The notes beneath the pieces were generated by a model, which saw only the letters and a program-made list of their open reading frames with translations, was not told where the DNA came from and searched no databases. From a virus, in the IMG/VR virus record IMGVR_UViG_3300042562_003539, positions 4,912 through 68,911 of that record: a DNA stretch of 64,000 nt; one strand, 5' to 3'. Of this stretch, positions 9,057 through 18,484 are shown piece after piece. How positions within the stretch are numbered: position 1 is the stretch's first letter; the number at the start of each line of letters is the position of its first letter. Position numbers and translations under genes: made by a program.

Positions 9057-10105
9057 AATATGATATAGACATTGTTGTTCCTGTAGAAACATCAAATAGA
9101 ACCATCAAAACAAGAATTAATGATTTTAAAAAATATGGGTTTATTAATACAAATAAAATTAAAGCACGATTGAACTTGCTGGCCAGTGAAGACAATAATG
9201 ACGAATTTGAATGGCTAAGTACTGGGTGGCCAGAAAATATTGAAATAAATATAATTCATTGCCCCTACAACCATGTCGCTCAAAAGATTTATTACTTTTA
9301 TCATAAGTATCTAAAAGCCGATATAGCTAAATGGTATATGAGAATAGATGAAGATAGCGTCAATGATCTTGAAGGGTTAATTCAAAATTTAGATCGGTAT
9401 TTTGATTATGAGAGAGAATATCATATTGCAAGTAGATTGCTTTATGACATTTACCCATTAGATCAAAAGCTTTTAACAATACTTGGTTTTGGCTGGTGGT
9501 ATCGTAATAGTACATTATGGCCAAACATTGAATCACCAGCACATGAACAAGAAATCAGCATTACCAGTAATGCCGCAATCAAAAAAGTCACCGAAAACCC
9601 AAAAGCCAATAAGTATTTTCAACTAAGAAAAGAATTTCCCGAAGGATATGGCGATCACGGTCTTTGTCATGCTTTGCGAATGTCGAAAATTTATGGAGTA
9701 GAAGTCAAATTTATAAGTCACGAAAGTGACTTATGGCTTCACAGTTATTTTGGTGGCCACAAAAATCACGTCCACTGGGTTGGTAGAGACAAATGTCCCA
9801 AATATATGGAATGGATGGACTATTACGAAAAAACAACTTTTTCAGAAATTGAAAATAAAGTATTCTTAATTGAAGATAAAGAAAATAAAAATGCAAATAA
9901 ACTTGTAAAGTTTTTCCCAGATCAAAAAATTAAATTATATAATGAAATAACTTCTGATTCAGAAAACAATAACACAGTAGGACTATGGTGTAAAAAAGAA
10001 GACAAAATAATCATTATTCTTGATAGCCTACAAAAAGTTGCACACTTTACAAAAAATAATGACATTTATACTTATGAAAAAATTTCTATGATAGAAATCA
10101 ATTAG
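9053..10105 (+). CDS. glycosyltransferase, GT-A fold (GT31/fringe-like)
   Basis: DIVVPV start, KWYMRIDED DxD motif, YGDHGL. Confidence 0.6.
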   Translation: MKYDIDIVVPVETSNRTIKTRINDFKKYGFINTNKIKARLNLLASEDNNDEFEWLSTGWPENIEINIIHCPYNHVAQKIYYFYHKYLKADIAKWYMRIDEDSVNDLEGLIQNLDRYFDYEREYHIASRLLYDIYPLDQKLLTILGFGWWYRNSTLWPNIESPAHEQEISITSNAAIKKVTENPKANKYFQLRKEFPEGYGDHGLCHALRMSKIYGVEVKFISHESDLWLHSYFGGHKNHVHWVGRDKCPKYMEWMDYYEKTTFSEIENKVFLIEDKENKNANKLVKFFPDQKIKLYNEITSDSENNNTVGLWCKKEDKIIIILDSLQKVAHFTKNNDIYTYEKISMIEIN

Positions 10106-10132
10106 GAGGCAGCAATTTGCTGCCTCCTAATT
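10100..10132. terminator. bidirectional intrinsic terminator
   Basis: Perfect 14-bp inverted repeat AATTAGGAGGCAGC/GCTGCCTCCTAATT between convergent genes. Confidence 0.85.
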
Positions 10133-10138
10133 TTCTCA

Positions 10139-11356
10139 TTATCCTTCCAATTCTTCGTCGATACTTTCATCGTCATAAGAATCAGTTTCGCTTAATTCAA
10201 CATCAGAATCATCTTCTGCCCTACTAGCAATAGCCAGCTTATAAGGCTCAAGATACGCATCGACCTGATCAGATGAATTAGCATCAATGAGTGCTGGACA
10301 CTTCAATAAAATGTCCATGGGTACATCGTTACGATCCATACTTGCACGGAATTTAACTTCTTCGCCATTAGAAAAAGCAGGCTTGACCTTGAATGATCCT
10401 GTTCCTGCAATTTCAATCCTATCAGCATCTAACAAACAAGAAAGAAGACCACTAATTGGATTAATTCCCTTATCAAAAAGAAGCTGAACATTCTCAGACT
10501 CCACAAAAGGTCTGTGAGTCTTGTTTTTAACATTCTTGAGCTTCACATTGATGCCAAGAATCTTCTTCTTCTTAGCACTTATCTTCTTTTCTATTTTCTG
10601 CATTGTCTTGGTTTCAAGACGACAAGACGCATAGAAAGGAAGGGCATTTCCACCACCAGCAGTTGTTTTGGTGGGAATGTAAGTTCCAATTTTATCACGA
10701 GTCTGATTGAGAATCACAACTGTTGCGTTGTGTTTCTCCATGACCGTGTTAAGTTTTCTTAATTCTCTTGAGCAAATTTTAGCTCTTTCTCCGGGTTGTT
10801 CATTTCCGCCTACTATCTTCTTGAACTGTTCTTTCGTGTAGTTTTCTGGCAATGCAACTTCACGAAGTTCACGGGCAGAAGGACTTACCCCAATCGAGTC
10901 ATAAACAATGACGATTGGGACTTCATTGTTCGTTTTTTCACGGGCTTTTTCAATAACCCTATACATTGTTGAAAAAACTGCTTCCAGTGTTTCTGGAGTA
11001 TGTCTTACAATTCGCTTCAGATTACAATGGCTTGCAATCTGAATGAATTCTTTATTGGCGCTATTCTCACAGTCCATAAGAATAGGAATGCCTTTGACTT
11101 TCTGTGTGCCGAACAAAATATTGGCACCGAGCAGAGACTTGGATGAACTGTTTGGACCGTATATTTCAGTCAATTTTCCACCGGGAATTCCTCCCGTGAT
11201 GAATTGACCTGAACAAATATAATTAAGTGCTAGACTTCCTGTGTCAACGAAATACTTAACTGAGTCGATTGCATCAAGAACATCGCCTCCAGTTTCTTCT
11301 GCGAGATTTTCAAAAAAATTATCATCAACGCCTTCACTTGCTTTTTTCTTTGCCAT
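10139..11356 (-). CDS. uvsX: RecA/UvsX-like recombinase
   Basis: TGSLALN, GIPGGKLTEIYGPNSSSKS, IVYDS, ILNQTR, GGNALPFYASCRL, KNK; start MAKKK after AAGGTGG. Confidence 0.9.
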   Translation of the reverse strand: MAKKKASEGVDDNFFENLAEETGGDVLDAIDSVKYFVDTGSLALNYICSGQFITGGIPGGKLTEIYGPNSSSKSLLGANILFGTQKVKGIPILMDCENSANKEFIQIASHCNLKRIVRHTPETLEAVFSTMYRVIEKAREKTNNEVPIVIVYDSIGVSPSARELREVALPENYTKEQFKKIVGGNEQPGERAKICSRELRKLNTVMEKHNATVVILNQTRDKIGTYIPTKTTAGGGNALPFYASCRLETKTMQKIEKKISAKKKKILGINVKLKNVKNKTHRPFVESENVQLLFDKGINPISGLLSCLLDADRIEIAGTGSFKVKPAFSNGEEVKFRASMDRNDVPMDILLKCPALIDANSSDQVDAYLEPYKLAIASRAEDDSDVELSETDSYDDESIDEELEG

Positions 11357-11383
11357 AACACACCACCTTATGTTGAGAGAATG

Positions 11384-11423
11384 AAAAAAAATGGGTGTCC
11401 AGATTATGCTCTGGACACCCATT
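11384..11423 (-). terminator. intrinsic terminator after SSB gene
   Basis: AATGGGTGTCCAG/CTGGACACCCATT 13-bp stem followed by a T-run on the minus strand. Confidence 0.8.
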
Positions 11424-11432
11424 CTGTTTTGA

Positions 11433-12434
11433 TTACATGCCTGAAAGTTCTTTCAGGAAGTCGTCATCGGCTAGATCATCGCTTGGTTTTGATTCTTCTT
11501 TAGCAACAGAAGGAGTGCTGCTGACAACCAATTCTTCTCGAACTGTCTCAACGACTTTAGGCTTGGAAGGAGTAGCAGAGCCTGCGTTCCTGAATTCATC
11601 AAGTTCGCTATCGGTGCCACTTGCATCACCTTCTTTGACCATACCAAGATGAACACGAAGTGCGTGCTTGAGTTCATCTTGCGTTTTAACTACACGAAGA
11701 GCCTGAAGATCATGGATGTTTTCCAACCACGACTTCAATTCATCGAGACTTCCAGCTGGTGTTGGTTCTTCAAACTTACTATTGTCATAGTTGGGGTATT
11801 CAGCGCCACCTCCACCTTTAACAACTTTCTTGACAACTCTAAAGTCACGTCCATCCCTTGGATGAGTAATGTCACCCAATGGTTTTTCTCCAGCGGCTTC
11901 ATCCCCACGCATTGCACGAATAATCTTAGAATGAGTCGTTTTACCACAAGAATAAATCTTAGGGCCAACATTCTTTTTGATGTTGCCATCTTTATCCTTT
12001 TCAGATCGAACAATTACATTGTAATAGTATCGTTCGACAGGCTTGATTGCTCTTGCCTGATTCTGAAGGTCTTCTTGTTCTTTGCCATGTTTTCCTTCAG
12101 ATTTTTGCCACAAATCTGAATAGTACTTGCAAATGATACAGTCGCCCATCCAACGCTCGCCCTTATCCGTTTGCACTAAATTGCGAGGGCAATGATAGGT
12201 TTTCTTTTGGCGAGTAGATGGATTATTCAATGTGTGAACACGAGTTGCACACCATACAACTCCGCCTTTTTTTCGTGGCATAATACGCATAATTACAAAG
12301 CCATCACGATCAGGCATCTTGACAAACTTTTCAAGATAATCACCACTGTTTCCAGCGGCAACACCTTCTTCAGAGACTCTTTTAGCCTCTTTGTTAATCT
12401 CATTCAAATCCAGTGGTTCAAAGTCTAGTGACAT
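11433..12434 (-). CDS. single-stranded DNA-binding protein (T4 gp32-like)
   Basis: RIMP, H..CP..CIIC Zn site, RYYYNVIVR, PKIYSCGKT, GRDF, YPNYDNSKF, acidic tail DDLADDDFLKEL; adjacent to uvsX. Confidence 0.85.
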   Translation of the reverse strand: MSLDFEPLDLNEINKEAKRVSEEGVAAGNSGDYLEKFVKMPDRDGFVIMRIMPRKKGGVVWCATRVHTLNNPSTRQKKTYHCPRNLVQTDKGERWMGDCIICKYYSDLWQKSEGKHGKEQEDLQNQARAIKPVERYYYNVIVRSEKDKDGNIKKNVGPKIYSCGKTTHSKIIRAMRGDEAAGEKPLGDITHPRDGRDFRVVKKVVKGGGGAEYPNYDNSKFEEPTPAGSLDELKSWLENIHDLQALRVVKTQDELKHALRVHLGMVKEGDASGTDSELDEFRNAGSATPSKPKVVETVREELVVSSTPSVAKEESKPSDDLADDDFLKELSGM

Positions 12435-12456
12435 AGTGTCCTCGTTGTAAAAAGTA

Positions 12457-12490
12457 AAAGTGACGGTAGCCTCATCAGCCCCGTCACTTT
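12457..12490 (-). promoter_or_regulatory. hairpin in the SSB leader (terminator or translational operator)
   Basis: AAAGTGACGG/CCGTCACTTT 10-bp stem 22 nt upstream of ATG, followed by a U-rich tract. Confidence 0.5.
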
Positions 12491-12538
12491 ATTATCGACA
12501 AAAATCACTAAGACTTTAATGAATTTTGAAAAATATTT

Positions 12539-12991
12539 TTATTTTTTATTTATATCAAAATTTTCACTAGCTGCTTCTGCAAGATCATTTGCTACTTTTT
12601 CCATGCTTAAAGCCTTTTCGTGAAGGGCGTCCATCTTTTCCTTCATGGTTTTGTAGCCTTCTGATTCTAATTTATCATTGATATTCTTGCGGTTAGACTG
12701 TTCGTTTTCGTACTCTTGCTCTAAATTCTTCAAAATTTCCAAATTATGCTTTAATTTTTCACTTATTTTCTTTTCTCTTTCTGCCTGCCTAATTTTAGCC
12801 AATTCAGCATTTCCCGGCAGGGCAGGTGGTGTGTATCCGTATTCTATCTTGTGCATTTCTCTCTCTTTACTTCTTTCGTTCTCGACCAATTTTCTCTCTC
12901 TTCTTATTTCTTCTCTTTGTTCTAAAACTTTCTTTCTAACAGATTCTTCACGAACCTTACGCTTTTCTATTTGCTTTCTTGATAGTGACAT
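12539..12991 (-). CDS. hypothetical coiled-coil protein
   Basis: 150 aa, E/K/R-rich helical; AGGAG RBS. Confidence 0.75.
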   Translation of the reverse strand: MSLSRKQIEKRKVREESVRKKVLEQREEIRRERKLVENERSKEREMHKIEYGYTPPALPGNAELAKIRQAEREKKISEKLKHNLEILKNLEQEYENEQSNRKNINDKLESEGYKTMKEKMDALHEKALSMEKVANDLAEAASENFDINKK

Positions 12992-12994
12992 ATG

Positions 12995-13771
12995 TCATCT
13001 CCTTCTCAAATCAGGCATACCCGGATCATTGGATGATTTGCCCCAATAAAGATTTCCACCATCTTTTTCTTCTGGGGTTTCAGAAAAATTTAATTCTCTA
13101 TCAGCAACAAGATTAATATTGGCTGGCACAAAATAAATGTCTGAAACAACCTGCTCACGCCCAGTATCATCCTGCACAACAAACATTTCTCCGACACCTG
13201 TTGGCGATGGACGTTTTTCAGTTATTGGATATTTCTTATTGACCGTAAATTTCAAATTCTTCTGTTTTGCTTGATGTAAATGCAATGCTTCTGGCAAAAA
13301 AACCATTACGTCAACAAATCTTTTGACAGATTTATTATTATTGTTTTTCACATTGTGAGGATGGGTAGCAGCGGCTGAAAGCTGCTGTGCTGGCATATTT
13401 GAGCTACTTGGCTGAAATTCCGTTACCGTATATTGCTGTTGTGTTGATGGGGCTGATAGTTGCTGTAATTCTTCAACAGCAATGAATGATGAATCTTCAC
13501 CAGCCCCATCAAAAGAAAACTTTTTATTTTTTATGATAATTCCACTTTTTGATTCTTTGAAACTTATAAATTTTTTGGTTAACTCATAAATCTCAACATC
13601 AATGATAAGAATATCTCTTCTTGCCATCTGTGCCATGATAGAAGCTGCTACTTTTTCAACAGGCACATCGTCAAATGGATCGCCAACCTTTTTCTTAAAA
13701 GTTTTTGTTTCTTCCTTATTATATTCACCATCAATTTTTTCATAATAGTGATAACAGCACTCAAATCCCAC
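12995..13771 (-). CDS. hypothetical protein
   Basis: 258 aa, two domains joined by a Q/S/N linker; AGGAGG RBS with GTG start. Confidence 0.75.
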   Translation of the reverse strand: MGFECCYHYYEKIDGEYNKEETKTFKKKVGDPFDDVPVEKVAASIMAQMARRDILIIDVEIYELTKKFISFKESKSGIIIKNKKFSFDGAGEDSSFIAVEELQQLSAPSTQQQYTVTEFQPSSSNMPAQQLSAAATHPHNVKNNNNKSVKRFVDVMVFLPEALHLHQAKQKNLKFTVNKKYPITEKRPSPTGVGEMFVVQDDTGREQVVSDIYFVPANINLVADRELNFSETPEEKDGGNLYWGKSSNDPGMPDLRRR

Positions 13772-13814
13772 AAATACCTCCTGTCCACTCCATTAAATTA
13801 GTCTAAAATTTTAT

Positions 13815-14444
13815 TTATTTTTGTAAAATTCCAGTTCCATTGCGAGTTGAAAAAATGATTGGCTCTCTATTTTTACTAAAAGCAAATGCATTAAAAGCTT
13901 CTTTTGTTGGTTCGTGATAAATAATATTTTCACAAACCATTATACCATTTTCACTTAGGTGCGGCCAGAAAAATTCCATATATTCAAGTTGCTTATCATA
14001 TGCTTGCTCCATCGTGATTATAATCATATCATAAGGTTTTGATAAATTTTTATCAAGTAAATCATCATAAATCGTACCAAAATGAAAAACTATTGGACCC
14101 TTGAAGTATTTTTTAATATTCCTTTGACCAATTTTTGAAGAAAAATAATAATCTTTTTTATTTTCACGAAAAGCTAAAAATTTTTCTACAGTTTTACAAG
14201 AAATCATAAAGCATCCAGAAAACAGACCCAAATCAAAACCAACTTCCAACAAAGATTTAGGCTCTAAGTACTTACCAAGATGATAATAAAAAGCAGTAAA
14301 TTTTGGATCAGAATAAGATGGTGATTTTCTAGAATCCTCATTAATCATACAGAATCGATCAAGCAATAACTTACCACTAATTAATTCTTTTTTCAAATGA
14401 ACATCTACATCCAACTTAAGTTTTTTCAAATCAATTTGTTTCAT
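13815..14444 (-). CDS. class I SAM-dependent methyltransferase-like protein (Methyltransf_24 type, divergent)
   Basis: PKSLLEVGFDLGLFS motif I; YDMIII; LSENGIMVCEN. Confidence 0.65.
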   Translation of the reverse strand: MKQIDLKKLKLDVDVHLKKELISGKLLLDRFCMINEDSRKSPSYSDPKFTAFYYHLGKYLEPKSLLEVGFDLGLFSGCFMISCKTVEKFLAFRENKKDYYFSSKIGQRNIKKYFKGPIVFHFGTIYDDLLDKNLSKPYDMIIITMEQAYDKQLEYMEFFWPHLSENGIMVCENIIYHEPTKEAFNAFAFSKNREPIIFSTRNGTGILQK

Positions 14445-14470
14445 AAAATTTCACTCTTATATTAGAATAG

Positions 14471-15298
14471 ATGTCAGACTTACATATTTATTTTGAAACA
14501 GGAGCCATTGGAGACACAGGACTAAATCTGTGCAGGGCTAATATTGCCATGTGTGCCATTGGTCACGATGCATCAATAATCCATACATCACCAATTTTTA
14601 AATCACATGGAAAAGAAACAAAAACAAATCCTAATGTAAAAGTTATACTTGAAAGATGCAAATTTATCAAAAAAATTGAATATGATGTTGATTATAATGA
14701 AAAAAATTCATTTTATTTCAGCAAAAAATATAATTGTCAAATTTATCAACCAATGCTCACACGAGACGAACACGACATAAAAGAATGGATTGATTTAAAA
14801 GACTTTACACCAGAAATTAATACAAAAAATAAAATAGCAGTTCTTCAACCAGTAAGTATCGATCTAAAGCCACAGCAATTTATAGATTGGTATATACCAA
14901 TATGGGACAGATGCATAGGATTATTACATGAAAAAGGCTATGATATTTACATGGTTGGTGGGCAAAATGATCCGATAGAAAAAACAATGAAAAAAGAAAG
15001 TATTGAAAAAACAAAAAATAAAATTGGATCTTGGTCGATATTAGAAGCATTGGCATTTACAATTTATCGTGCTGATATTGTTCTTGCTTGTGACAGTTGG
15101 GCTGCTATCTGGGGACCAGCAGCGAAAATTCCAACATTCACCGCATGGGGCTATAGAATGGAAAACAATATTGATTTTTGGGTTACTGGATTTCTTGGAA
15201 ATAGAAATTATTACAAATACGGTTGGAGTTCACAAAAAGAATACTGTGACGCATACTTAGCGGGATGTTTGAGTGATCATCTAGCTGGGGGTAAATAA
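14471..15298 (+). CDS. glycosyltransferase, GT9-like
   Basis: GAIGD, KIAVLQP, YMVGG, ADIVLACDSWAA..AAKIPT. Confidence 0.7.
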   Translation: MSDLHIYFETGAIGDTGLNLCRANIAMCAIGHDASIIHTSPIFKSHGKETKTNPNVKVILERCKFIKKIEYDVDYNEKNSFYFSKKYNCQIYQPMLTRDEHDIKEWIDLKDFTPEINTKNKIAVLQPVSIDLKPQQFIDWYIPIWDRCIGLLHEKGYDIYMVGGQNDPIEKTMKKESIEKTKNKIGSWSILEALAFTIYRADIVLACDSWAAIWGPAAKIPTFTAWGYRMENNIDFWVTGFLGNRNYYKYGWSSQKEYCDAYLAGCLSDHLAGGK

Positions 15299-15299
15299 A

Positions 15300-16424
15300 A
15301 TGCCTGAATTTGACTTTATGATTGTGGGATCAGGATTCTTTGGTGCCACTTTTGCAAGAAAAGCAACAGATGCTGGCAAAAAGTGCCTTGTAATTGATAA
15401 AAACAATCACATTGCTGGCGCAACATATGATCGAAAATGGGACAATGGCATTATTGTAAGTGAATATGGAGCGCACATATTCCACACTCAAAGCGAAGAA
15501 GTCTGGGACTTCATTAATAAATTCACAACAATTATGCCTTTCACAAACAAACCAAAAGTTTTATCTAAAGGAAATGTTTATTCATTCCCAATTAACATGA
15601 TGACTCTTCATCAATTATGGGGAGTTATCAATCCAGAAGAAGCATACCGTAAACTGCAAGATGTGCGGATACCATGCGAAAATCCTAGAAACTTTGAAGA
15701 ATGGGCTTTAGACAGAGTTGGCAAGGAAATCTATGAATTATTCTTTTATGGATACACTAAAAAACAATGGATGAAAGAACCTAGAGATCTTCCAGCCTCA
15801 ATAATTCAGAGACTGCCAATAAGACTTACTTATGAAGAAAATTATTTCACAACAAAATATCAAGGCATTCCAAATGAAGGATATTCAGCAACAATAAAAA
15901 ATATGCTTGATGGAATTAAAACAGAACTCAATACTGATTTTTTTACAATTAGAAACAAATGGCGTGATTATGCCAAACATCTGATCTACACAGGACCAAT
16001 AGATAAGTTTTACGACTATGAGTTTGGATCTTTGGAATACAACACTTTAAGATTTGAACACAAAAAAATGCATGGCGACTATCAAGGGAATGCTGTGTTT
16101 AATCATGTAGACATGTCTGTGCCACATATCAGGACAATAGAGCATAAGCATTTTTACAAAAACAATCCAAAACATTATGAAGTCAAGCTGCAATCGAAAG
16201 AAGAAACTGTTGTCTCATATGACATTCCAGTTGCATTTAAAGATCATCCCGAACCTTACTATCCAATCAGAGATGATAAAAACAGCGAACTATACAATAA
16301 GTACGCAGATCTTAAAACAAACCACAAAGAAATCACTTTTGGAGGAAGGCTTGGTGAATATAAATATCTGGACATTGACCAGACAATTGCTTCAGCATTA
16401 ACTAAGTTTAAAACATTTGTGTAG
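15300..16424 (+). CDS. glf: UDP-galactopyranose mutase
   Basis: IVGSGFFGA, YGAHIFHT, YTKKQW, RLPIR, YQGIP, YTGPID, EPYYP, GRLGEYKYLD. Confidence 0.95.
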   Translation: MPEFDFMIVGSGFFGATFARKATDAGKKCLVIDKNNHIAGATYDRKWDNGIIVSEYGAHIFHTQSEEVWDFINKFTTIMPFTNKPKVLSKGNVYSFPINMMTLHQLWGVINPEEAYRKLQDVRIPCENPRNFEEWALDRVGKEIYELFFYGYTKKQWMKEPRDLPASIIQRLPIRLTYEENYFTTKYQGIPNEGYSATIKNMLDGIKTELNTDFFTIRNKWRDYAKHLIYTGPIDKFYDYEFGSLEYNTLRFEHKKMHGDYQGNAVFNHVDMSVPHIRTIEHKHFYKNNPKHYEVKLQSKEETVVSYDIPVAFKDHPEPYYPIRDDKNSELYNKYADLKTNHKEITFGGRLGEYKYLDIDQTIASALTKFKTFV

Positions 16425-16619
16425 AGAGGCTAAACCAACAAGGTTAACCTCTCTGTCTCGATTTCAAGTTTTTAATTAAACTTATTTGAATTGCCTTTGA
16501 AAAGTGCCTCAAAGCATCCTTTTCCTGCATTAAGGTTTCAGGTATTACATAATGATCCGACATCCATACAGACAGCCTGAACTTTTATAATTGTAATACC
16601 GAGGTAGTAAAAAGAGACA
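16423..16619. ncRNA. candidate structured RNA or cis-regulatory leader
   Basis: Six short helices within 200 nt of non-coding DNA (see findings). Confidence 0.4.
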
Positions 16620-16627
16620 ATATATAT

Positions 16628-17578
16628 ATGTTTCCTTATGTTAAGAAAAAACAAATTGAACCAATAAGTCTAAAAGAACACTTTCTGAGAAGAAATAAGG
16701 TTTTAATTAAAAGAAAGTATGGTGGTCATGGTGATATCATCATGCAAAGAATGATGTTTGAAGATTTTCAAAAACACATGCCAGAAATAGAATTAACCTA
16801 CACATGTCCTAAATTATATAAAGATTTTGCAAATAATCACCCATTTGCAAAATGGGTGCCTATAGAAGAAATCAATGAAAGAGATTATGGCATTATTTTT
16901 GACATAAGCACAGCTTGTCGTGTTCATGAAAGTAAAATGGGCGGGAGAAATACTGACCATCGCAGTGACATATGGGCGAAAAGTTGTGGTGTAGAACTTA
17001 CGAATCACAACTGTCACATGGAAATTAATGATGTAGATCTTTATAAAAAATTTATTGAAGAACTTAATCCACAAAAACTGCCAACTGTTTTATTCGCAAC
17101 TCAATCAACAAAAGACAATTTCGGCCAAGCTAAAAGTCTGCCAGAAAAAACTACCTACCAAACAATAAGCAAACTCAAAGAGCTTGGGTTCTTTGTTTTT
17201 ACAATTCACAAAGAGCCAATTGAAATATTCACACTAACAAATACTGTTCAATTTATTAATATAGAACTTTCTGCTTGGGCAGGATTGACAGCAGCAGCAG
17301 ATTATGTCATATCGATTGACACAGGAACATTTCATCTTGCTGGAGCTTTAAAAAAACCATTAGTAGGAATTTTTTCATTTACCGATGGAAAAGTATACGG
17401 TAAATATTACAAATTCACATTGGTTCAAAGACATCGTGACAATGGCAATTGGGATTGTGGTCCATGCTATAATTGCACAATCTGTCCAAAATCAAAAGAA
17501 ATTATAAAACCTTGTATGAGCGATATTAGATTTGAAGAAATAATCGATGCTTTTCAAAAAGAATGTAAAGCTAATTGA
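16628..17578 (+). CDS. glycosyltransferase family 9 (heptosyltransferase-like)
   Basis: GGHGDIIM, ADYVISIDTGTFHLAGALKKPLVGIF, C-terminal CGPCYNC..C..C. Confidence 0.85.
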   Translation: MFPYVKKKQIEPISLKEHFLRRNKVLIKRKYGGHGDIIMQRMMFEDFQKHMPEIELTYTCPKLYKDFANNHPFAKWVPIEEINERDYGIIFDISTACRVHESKMGGRNTDHRSDIWAKSCGVELTNHNCHMEINDVDLYKKFIEELNPQKLPTVLFATQSTKDNFGQAKSLPEKTTYQTISKLKELGFFVFTIHKEPIEIFTLTNTVQFINIELSAWAGLTAAADYVISIDTGTFHLAGALKKPLVGIFSFTDGKVYGKYYKFTLVQRHRDNGNWDCGPCYNCTICPKSKEIIKPCMSDIRFEEIIDAFQKECKAN

Positions 17579-18467
17579 CATCTACCGCTTTCTTTAACCA
17601 AACATTATCTAAATCAAATTCACGAATTTTAATTCCAGACATTAAAATTATATCTTGTCTCATTTTATTTGTTTCATCGTTTTCCGTAATAGAACCAACT
17701 CTCTTGGCATAAATTATTTCATTTATGCCAAAATTGATAATTCTCTGCAAGCAATTAACGCATGGAGTTCCTGTTATGTATATTTTAGATCCACCTATGG
17801 TAAGTGGATTTGTGGTACAGTTCAAAATGGCATTCTCTTCTGCGTGAATCATCCATAATCTTTTTTTATCTCTTATTTTATAAGGAATTTTGCTCTTATC
17901 CGATCCACGAATTGTCGCATTATATCCAGTTCCAATAATATGATTTTGACTGGTAACGATCACAGATCCATGTCTAATATCAGGATCATCTGATCTTAAA
18001 GAAACATCAAATGCTATGTTTAGAAAGTATTCATCAAAAGTAGGCCTTTCAATTTTCCCAATAGAATAATTATTTAAAAAGCATCTTCTGCAATATTCAA
18101 GAAAAACATCATCTGTGAAACTACCTCGCATAATACTTAAATTTTTATGTATCCAACGAACATTCCCTTCAATATATCCAAGGGAACGATCTATCATGTC
18201 TAAAAAGACAGAAGAAAAATCACCTTCTAAATCAAATGAATTAAATTCTAATGGCATTCCAGACAGGCTACATTTTCCGTTTTGATTCAGAAATAAATTC
18301 CACAAATATTGCGGTGACAAATCAAAAGGTATTTTTTTGCCTATCGTATTTTTCTTCAAGTTGTCAACATAAACAAGTGGCAAATCTCCACATTGTCTTT
18401 TTTCATCATTGCCAAGAACAGGAATATCATTGCTGATAAATCCTGTCAAATCATTATTTTCTACCAT
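17571..18467 (-). CDS. dCMP deaminase with N-terminal degenerate HNH-like endonuclease domain
   Basis: RPTFDEYF, GTGYN, HAEENAI, PCVNC; N-terminal QNGKCSLSG...LDMID.SLGYIEGNVRW. Confidence 0.85.
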   Translation of the reverse strand: MVENNDLTGFISNDIPVLGNDEKRQCGDLPLVYVDNLKKNTIGKKIPFDLSPQYLWNLFLNQNGKCSLSGMPLEFNSFDLEGDFSSVFLDMIDRSLGYIEGNVRWIHKNLSIMRGSFTDDVFLEYCRRCFLNNYSIGKIERPTFDEYFLNIAFDVSLRSDDPDIRHGSVIVTSQNHIIGTGYNATIRGSDKSKIPYKIRDKKRLWMIHAEENAILNCTTNPLTIGGSKIYITGTPCVNCLQRIINFGINEIIYAKRVGSITENDETNKMRQDIILMSGIKIREFDLDNVWLKKAVDVN

Positions 18468-18484
18468 TAGATCCTCAACATGTC

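Noticed and set aside
12471-12478. CTGATGAG hammerhead-like core on the minus strand
   Set aside because: No stem II-GAAA or stem III arrangement follows; it is just a hairpin loop.
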